Origin: Lachnospiraceae bacterium
Lineage (GTDB): Bacteria; Bacillota; Clostridia; Lachnospirales; Lachnospiraceae
Length of the DNA stretch: 10,382 nucleotides
Direction: 5' to 3'
Assembly (NCBI GenBank): GCA_017548765.1
Contig: JAFYZH010000101.1
Coordinates: 1-10,382, forward strand
Below the pieces are notes generated by a model that saw nothing but the letters and a program-made list of their open reading frames with translations, did no database searches and was not told the origin of the DNA. How positions within the stretch are numbered: the first letter of the stretch is position 1; each line of letters opens with the position of its first letter. This document shows, piece after piece, positions 5,408-10,382 of the stretch. The position numbers and the translations under genes are program-made.

Positions 5408-7402
5408 ATGGAGAAAAAGCCCTATTATTTGACTACCGCCATCCCGTATGCGTCCGGTAAGCCGCACATCGGCAATACGTACGAAGCGATCTTGGCGGAC
5501 AGCATTGCCCGCTTTAAGCGGAAGCAAGGCTTTGAGGTCTTTTTTCAGACCGGAACCGATGAACATGGTTTGAAGATCGAGGAGAAGGCTGCGGCGATGG
5601 GTATCACCGCACAGGAGTGCGCGAACCGCGCGACCGATTCGATCCGTGGCATGTGGGACTTAGTGGGAACCTCCTACGATCGATTCATCCGCACCACGGA
5701 TGCCGATCATATGCTTCAGGTCCAGAAGATTTTCAACAAATTCTACGAGCAGGGCGACATCTACAAGAGCTCTTACGAGGGCATGTATTGTACGCCGTGC
5801 GAGACATTCTGGACGAAGTCACAGTTGGTGGACGGACGCTGCCCGGACTGCGGCCGCGAGGTAACGCAGGCGAAGGAGGAAGCGTACTTCTTCAAAATGA
5901 GTAAATACGCCGATCGTCTGATCGAGCATATCAACACACATCCGGAGTTTATTCAGCCGGAGTCCCGTAAGAACGAGATGATGAATAACTTCCTGCTGCC
6001 GGGTCTGCAGGATCTGTGCGTTACGCGTTCCACATTTACCTGGGGCGTTCCGGTGGATTTCGATCCGCGTCATGTCGTTTATGTATGGCTGGACGCGCTC
6101 GTTAACTACATCACCGGCCTCGGCTACGATGTAGACGGCAACCACGGCGAGAATTATAAGAAGTTCTGGCCGGCGGATCTGCACCTGATCGGTAAGGACA
6201 TCCTTCGTTTCCACACGATCTACTGGCCCATCTTCCTGATGGCGCTGGATGTTCCGCTTCCGAAGCAGGTATTCGGTCACCCTTGGCTGTTGCAGGGCGG
6301 CGAGAAGATGAGTAAGAGTAAGGGCAATGTCATCTATGCGGATGACCTTGCGAAACTGTTCGGCGTGGACGCGGTGCGTTTCTTCGTGCTGCACGAGATG
6401 CCGTTCGAGAGCGATGGTGTGATCACTTGGGAACTCATGGTAGAGCGGTTCAATTCGGAACTTGCGAATACGCTCGGTAACCTGGTGAACCGTACCATTT
6501 CCATGAGCAACAAATATTTCGGCGGCGTTCTGGAGAACCGGAATGCAAACGAGCCGGTGGACGATGACCTGAAGGCCGTGGTTATGGGCACGCGCGCGAA
6601 GGTCGAAGATAAGATGGAGAAGCTTCGTGTCGCTGACGCGATCTCGGAGATCTTCAATATCTTCCATCGTTGTAACAAATATATCGACGAGACAGAACCG
6701 TGGGTTCTGGCGAAGGACGAAAGCAAGGCAGATCGTCTGGCGACGGTTATGTATAACCTGGCGGAGAGCATCATGATCGGTGCCTCCCTGATGGACAGCT
6801 TCATGCCCGAGACGGCGAAGCGTATCTCGGAGCAGTTCGGCATTGCCCTTCGTGAGATGGACGACCTGTCGAAGTTCGGCCTGCTGGAGAACGGAACGAA
6901 AGTGACCGAGAAGCCGGAGATCCTGTTCGCGCGTGCGGATGTGAAGGAGATCATGGTCGAGGTCGAGAAGATCCGTGCTGCCCAGAAGGCAGAGTATGAG
7001 AAGGAACAGGCGGCTCTGGGCGTAGCTCCCGAGGCACCCGCTGAGGCGGAGAGCGTGATCGATATCGCCCGTAAGGACGAGATCACATATGATGACTTCG
7101 CGAAGCTGCAGTTCCAGGTCGGCGAGATCATCGAGTGCGCAGAGGTTCCGAAGTCGAAGAAACTGCTGTGCTCGAAGGTGAAGATCGGCAGCGAGGTGAA
7201 GCAGATCGTTTCCGGCATCAAGCAGCACTACAGTGCGCAGGAGATGGTCGGAAAGAAGGTCATGGTCCTCGTGAACCTGAAGCCGGCGACGCTGGCGGGC
7301 GTGGTTTCTGAGGGCATGCTGCTGTGCGCCGAGGATGAGAACGGCGAGCTGTCGCTGATGGTGCCGGAGAAGAAGATGCCGGCGGGCGCGGAGATTTGTT
7401 AA
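5408..7402 (+). CDS. metG: methionine--tRNA ligase (MetRS) with C-terminal tRNA-binding (Trbp111/EMAP-like) domain
   Basis: 664 aa. HIGH-type motif PHIGNTYE, one CxxC...CxxC zinc knuckle (CTPCE...CPDCG), the KMSKS motif, and the C-terminal tRNA-binding block FAKLQFQVGEIIECAEVPKSKKLLCSKVKIG...VNLKPATLAGVVSEGMLL. Confidence 0.98.
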   Translation: MEKKPYYLTTAIPYASGKPHIGNTYEAILADSIARFKRKQGFEVFFQTGTDEHGLKIEEKAAAMGITAQECANRATDSIRGMWDLVGTSYDRFIRTTDADHMLQVQKIFNKFYEQGDIYKSSYEGMYCTPCETFWTKSQLVDGRCPDCGREVTQAKEEAYFFKMSKYADRLIEHINTHPEFIQPESRKNEMMNNFLLPGLQDLCVTRSTFTWGVPVDFDPRHVVYVWLDALVNYITGLGYDVDGNHGENYKKFWPADLHLIGKDILRFHTIYWPIFLMALDVPLPKQVFGHPWLLQGGEKMSKSKGNVIYADDLAKLFGVDAVRFFVLHEMPFESDGVITWELMVERFNSELANTLGNLVNRTISMSNKYFGGVLENRNANEPVDDDLKAVVMGTRAKVEDKMEKLRVADAISEIFNIFHRCNKYIDETEPWVLAKDESKADRLATVMYNLAESIMIGASLMDSFMPETAKRISEQFGIALREMDDLSKFGLLENGTKVTEKPEILFARADVKEIMVEVEKIRAAQKAEYEKEQAALGVAPEAPAEAESVIDIARKDEITYDDFAKLQFQVGEIIECAEVPKSKKLLCSKVKIGSEVKQIVSGIKQHYSAQEMVGKKVMVLVNLKPATLAGVVSEGMLLCAEDENGELSLMVPEKKMPAGAEIC

Positions 7403-7404
7403 CT

Positions 7405-8178
7405 ATGATTTTTGATACACACGCACATTATGATGATGCGGCGTTTGATGCGGACCGCGAGGAGCTTTTGGGCGGCGGTCTTCAGGCGGGAGGTGTCGGT
7501 CTGGTGGTGAATATCGGCACCGACTTAAAGACGCTGCATCAGACGATCGAACTGACGGAGCGGTACCCGTACTTCTACGGGGCGCTCGGCATTCATCCGG
7601 ACTGTGTGGACGGACTTAATGAGGAGCATTTGCCGATCTTGCGGCAAATGCTCCTTGAGCATAAGAAGATGGTGGCGATCGGCGAGATCGGCCTGGACTA
7701 TCACGGCGATTATGAGCGGGACATCCCGCTGCAGAAGAAGTGGTTTACGTGGCAGCTGCGGCTTGCGCGGGAGCTGAAACTTCCGGTGGTGATCCACAGC
7801 CGGGACGCGGCGGCGGACACGATGGAGATCCTGAAGGCGGAGGATGCGGGCAGCATCGGTGGCGTCATGCATTGCTATTCCTACAGCGTGGAGATCGCGC
7901 GGGAAGTGGTGAAGATGGGGCTGTACATCGGGATCGGTGGCGTGCTGACGTTTAAGAACGGACGGAAGCTGAAGGAGGTCGCGGCCGAAACGCCCATGGA
8001 GCGGATCCTGCTGGAGACGGATTGCCCGTATTTGGCACCGACGCCGTATCGCGGGCAGCGGAACGACAGCCGGAATATCGCGCTCGTGGCGCAGGAGCTA
8101 GCGCAGATAAAGGGGATCACGCCGGAGGAAGTGCTTCGCATCACGGAGGAGAACGCGCGGCGGTTTTATAAGTTGTGA
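7405..8178 (+). CDS. TatD family metal-dependent hydrolase/DNase (YabD-like)
   Basis: I call the ATG at 7405 (257 aa, MIFDTHAHYD) rather than the track's TTG at 7396. TatD signatures are present: DTHAH, IGEIGLDY, VIHSRDA, HCYS and LLETDCPYL. The start lies 2 nt after the metG stop. metG-tatD adjacency is typical of Bacillota. Confidence 0.93.
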   Translation: MIFDTHAHYDDAAFDADREELLGGGLQAGGVGLVVNIGTDLKTLHQTIELTERYPYFYGALGIHPDCVDGLNEEHLPILRQMLLEHKKMVAIGEIGLDYHGDYERDIPLQKKWFTWQLRLARELKLPVVIHSRDAAADTMEILKAEDAGSIGGVMHCYSYSVEIAREVVKMGLYIGIGGVLTFKNGRKLKEVAAETPMERILLETDCPYLAPTPYRGQRNDSRNIALVAQELAQIKGITPEEVLRITEENARRFYKL

Positions 8179-8224
8179 CAGGTGACAGAAAGAACCGTCC
8201 CAGGTGTCACATGAGGAGAGAGAA

Positions 8225-9103
8225 ATGGCAAAATTAGGAGATCCGAAGGAGACCATCGCGGTCCTTCAGAAATATCAGTTTCGATTTTCGAAGAAGTTCG
8301 GGCAGAATTTCCTGATCGATACGCACGTACTGGATAAGATCATCCGCTATGCGGGGGTCAGCCGGGACGACTGTGTGCTGGAGATCGGGCCGGGCATCGG
8401 CACGCTGACGCAGTATCTGGCGGAAAATGCGCGCGAGGTGGTCGCTGTCGAGATCGACGATACGCTGATCCCCATTTTGCAGGACACATTGAGTGAATAT
8501 AAGAATGTCACGGTGATCAACGATGACATCATGAAGGTGGATATCGCCGCATTGGCTCAGGCGCACAACGGCGGCCGGCCCATGAAGGTAGTGGCGAACC
8601 TGCCGTATTACATCACGACGCCCATCATCATGGGTTTGTTTGAGTCGCATGTACCGATCTCGAGCATCACGGTCATGGTGCAGAAGGAGGTTGCGCGGCG
8701 TATGGAGGCGGGGCCCGGGTCGAAGGACTACGGCGCGCTGTCGCTGGCGGTGCAGTACTATGCGAAACCGTATCTGGCGGCAAATGTCCCGGCGAACTGT
8801 TTTATGCCGCGGCCGAATGTCGACTCGGCGGTGATCGTGCTGACGCGGCACGAGGAGATGCCGGTGCAGGTGAAGGACGAGAAGTTGCTGTTTGCGATCA
8901 TCCGCGCGGCGTTCAACATGCGGCGTAAGACGCTGGTCAATGCGCTGGCGGGCGCGGCGGAGTTTACATTGCCCTTGTCGAAAGAGGAGATCGAGGGCGT
9001 GATCACGTCGGTCGGACTGGACGCGATGGTGCGGGGCGAGGCGTTGACGCTCGCGCAGTTCGCGGCGCTGGCGGACGCATTTTCCGCAAAGGAGGGCGCA
9101 TGA
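8225..9103 (+). CDS. rsmA: 16S rRNA (adenine1518-N6/adenine1519-N6)-dimethyltransferase RsmA/KsgA
   Basis: I call the ATG at 8225 (292 aa), which has GAGGAG (8213-8218) 6 nt upstream, rather than the track's GTG at 8204. Motifs: KKFGQNFL, the LEIGPGIGTLT SAM-binding loop, and NLPYYITTPI. Confidence 0.95.
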   Translation: MAKLGDPKETIAVLQKYQFRFSKKFGQNFLIDTHVLDKIIRYAGVSRDDCVLEIGPGIGTLTQYLAENAREVVAVEIDDTLIPILQDTLSEYKNVTVINDDIMKVDIAALAQAHNGGRPMKVVANLPYYITTPIIMGLFESHVPISSITVMVQKEVARRMEAGPGSKDYGALSLAVQYYAKPYLAANVPANCFMPRPNVDSAVIVLTRHEEMPVQVKDEKLLFAIIRAAFNMRRKTLVNALAGAAEFTLPLSKEEIEGVITSVGLDAMVRGEALTLAQFAALADAFSAKEGA

Positions 9104-9672
9104 AGGATCCGGAACGCAGAAGGCTGCTGAAACAGAAGAAGCTGGAGGAGGCCGAGAAGGCGCGTCGGAAGGCGGAACTGGAGCAGGAGAAGAAAGACAA
9201 AAAGTTCATGGGCGAGGCGATGAAGCAGGCGAAGAAGGCGCTTTCGCTCGGCGAGGTGCCCATCGGTTGCGTTATCGAGTGCGACGGGAAGATCATCGGC
9301 CGCGGGTATAACCGACGGAACACCGACCACAGCACGCTTTCGCACGCGGAGATCACAGCGATCCGGAAGGCGTCGAAGGAGCTGGGCGACTGGAGGCTGG
9401 ATAACTGCACGCTGTACGTGACGCTCGAGCCGTGCCAGATGTGCGCGGGAGCGATCGTGCAGGCGCGGGTGCCGCGGGTGGTCATGGCCTGCATGAACCC
9501 GAAGGCCGGCTGCGGCGGGTCGATCCTGAACCTGTTGCAGATGAAGCAGTTCAACCATCAGGTCGAGGTGAAACGCGGCGTGATGGAGAAGGAATGTTCG
9601 CAGATGCTGAAGGATTTCTTTAAGGATCTGCGCGAGCGAATCAAGCGCGGTGAGGATGGTGAGGACGATTGA
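9100..9672 (+). CDS. tadA: tRNA adenosine(34) deaminase TadA with charged N-terminal extension
   Basis: 190 aa. CDA-fold zinc motifs HAE (residues 82-84) and PCQMCAGA (111-118), plus GEVPIGCV and NHQVEV. The ATG overlaps the rsmA stop (ATGA at 9100-9103), and AAGGAGG ends 4 nt upstream. An alternative start at M37 (9208) has no good RBS. Confidence 0.9.
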   Translation: MKDPERRRLLKQKKLEEAEKARRKAELEQEKKDKKFMGEAMKQAKKALSLGEVPIGCVIECDGKIIGRGYNRRNTDHSTLSHAEITAIRKASKELGDWRLDNCTLYVTLEPCQMCAGAIVQARVPRVVMACMNPKAGCGGSILNLLQMKQFNHQVEVKRGVMEKECSQMLKDFFKDLRERIKRGEDGEDD

Positions 9673-10382
9673 GAATAGCGGGAATGCAGAAGACGACGCT
9701 GCTCGATTTCCCCGGGAAGATGGCGGCGATCGTATTTACCGGCGGGTGTAATTTCGCCTGCCCGTACTGCCATAATTCGGAATTGATCTCGTGGGGCGAC
9801 GACGTGCCGCTGATGTCGGAGGACGACGTTTTCGCCTATTTGAATAAACGGAAGAACATGCTCGAGGGACTCGTGATCTCGGGCGGTGAGCCGACGTTGC
9901 AGAAGGATCTGGAGGATTTCATCCGGAGGGTGCGCGACCTCGGTTACCTGATCAAACTGGACACGAACGGGACGACGCCGACGATCCTCATGGATCTGTG
10001 CGGGAAGGGCCTCATCGATTATGTGGCCATGGACGTGAAGGCGTCGGACAACCTGTGCGCACGGGCGTGCGGACTGGCGAAACTGGACGCGACCGCGCGG
10101 GAAATGCTACAAGCAAACATGAAAAAAAGCAGGGAGTTCCTGCTTTCGGGTTCGGTGGCTTATGAATTCCGTACGACGCTCGTGCAGGGACTGCACACGG
10201 CGGAGGATGTAGAGAAGATCGCGGAGCAGATCCGCGGCGCATCGGCCTACTTCCTGCAGAACTATCGCGAGAGCGAGACCGTTTTGTGCAAGGACGGGCT
10301 GTCGCCCTTCAGCCGGGAGCAGCTGGAAGACTTCCTGACGATCGTGAAGAAATATGTGCCTGCGGCGCAGATCCGCGGGTGA
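9669..10382 (+). CDS. radical SAM protein, anaerobic ribonucleoside-triphosphate reductase activating protein-like (NrdG2 / TIGR02495-type)
   Basis: 237 aa from a TTG at 9669 that overlaps the tadA stop; an ATG at 9684 is an alternative start. The N-terminus MRIAGMQKTTLLDFPGKMAAIVFTGGCNFACPYCHN has the CxxxCxxC radical-SAM cluster motif in the context typical of this activase family. GGEPTLQ and YEFRTTLV blocks are also present. The stop codon is the last three bases of the window. Confidence 0.85.
   Translation: MRIAGMQKTTLLDFPGKMAAIVFTGGCNFACPYCHNSELISWGDDVPLMSEDDVFAYLNKRKNMLEGLVISGGEPTLQKDLEDFIRRVRDLGYLIKLDTNGTTPTILMDLCGKGLIDYVAMDVKASDNLCARACGLAKLDATAREMLQANMKKSREFLLSGSVAYEFRTTLVQGLHTAEDVEKIAEQIRGASAYFLQNYRESETVLCKDGLSPFSREQLEDFLTIVKKYVPAAQIRG

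Noticed and set aside
5819-7228. A 469-aa ORF on the minus strand, plus a 295-aa ORF at 6334-7221 in another minus frame. Both lie entirely inside metG.
   Set aside because: The plus-strand frame carries unambiguous MetRS motifs (HIGH-like, zinc knuckle, KMSKS, Trbp111 domain). The antisense translations are Arg/Leu/His/Asp-rich low-complexity sequence with no recognisable domain and no RBS. Long stop-free antisense frames are expected in GC3-rich genes.
8175-8210. GTGACA-G-GTGACA direct repeat followed 17 nt later by the inverted TGTCAC, between tatD and rsmA. Considered as a possible terminator or operator.
   Set aside because: The stem is only 6 bp with a long loop and no T-run, and the hexamers overlap the tatD stop codon. 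This is too weak to call a terminator or a binding site.
7396-8224. The ORF-track starts for tatD (TTG at 7396, which overlaps the metG stop) and for rsmA (GTG at 8204).
   Set aside because: The in-frame ATGs at 7405 and 8225 give the family-typical N-termini (MIFDTHAH and MAKLGDPKET...FGQNFL). The rsmA ATG also has a GAGGAG RBS. The longer forms cannot be strictly excluded.
8234-9558. Minus-strand ORFs of 205 aa (8234-8851), 266 aa (8758-9558) and 183 aa (9003-9554), antisense to rsmA and tadA.
   Set aside because: Same reasoning as for metG. The sense frames have clear RsmA and TadA signatures. The antisense products are Arg/Pro/Ala/His-rich with no motifs, and they would span two sense genes.
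1-10382. Looked for CRISPR repeats, IS or transposon inverted repeats, integrase or recombinase genes, tRNA/rRNA genes, toxin-antitoxin pairs and defence-system hallmarks.
   Set aside because: None were seen. All large coding-strand ORFs have housekeeping or known-family signatures, and the only repeats are the parS sites and the short in-frame ParB repeat.

Overview
This window is a densely packed chromosomal housekeeping segment, probably from a Bacillota (Clostridia-like) genome. That guess rests on strong GGAGG-type ribosome binding sites (RBS), the parA-parB-DUF4446 block and the metG-tatD-rsmA order. Layout: (i) a ~400-bp non-coding leader with four parS palindromes and two TGATATAAT extended -10 elements; (ii) parA (soj), parB (spo0J) and a membrane-anchored DUF4446 gene on the + strand; (iii) one minus-strand gene for a DUF885-type lipoprotein whose 3' end overlaps DUF4446 by 19 nt; (iv) a CYTH / triphosphate-tunnel protein; (v) a tightly coupled + strand run of metG, a TatD-family hydrolase, rsmA (ksgA), tadA and an NrdG-like radical-SAM activase that ends exactly at the window edge. 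I found no tRNA, rRNA, CRISPR array, transposase, integrase, toxin-antitoxin pair or recognisable defence gene. I cannot honestly claim a novel multi-gene system here, because every long ORF on the coding strands has a recognisable family signature. The items worth a second look are modest: the parS array interleaved with promoters, the conserved but uncharacterised DUF4446 partner of ParAB, an acidic insertion in the CYTH protein, a charged N-terminal extension on TadA, an NrdG-like activase with no NrdD in the window that is coupled to tRNA/rRNA modification genes, a tetrapeptide tandem repeat in ParB, and a GC-content step along the window. All family assignments come from motif recognition by eye, and no database search was run.
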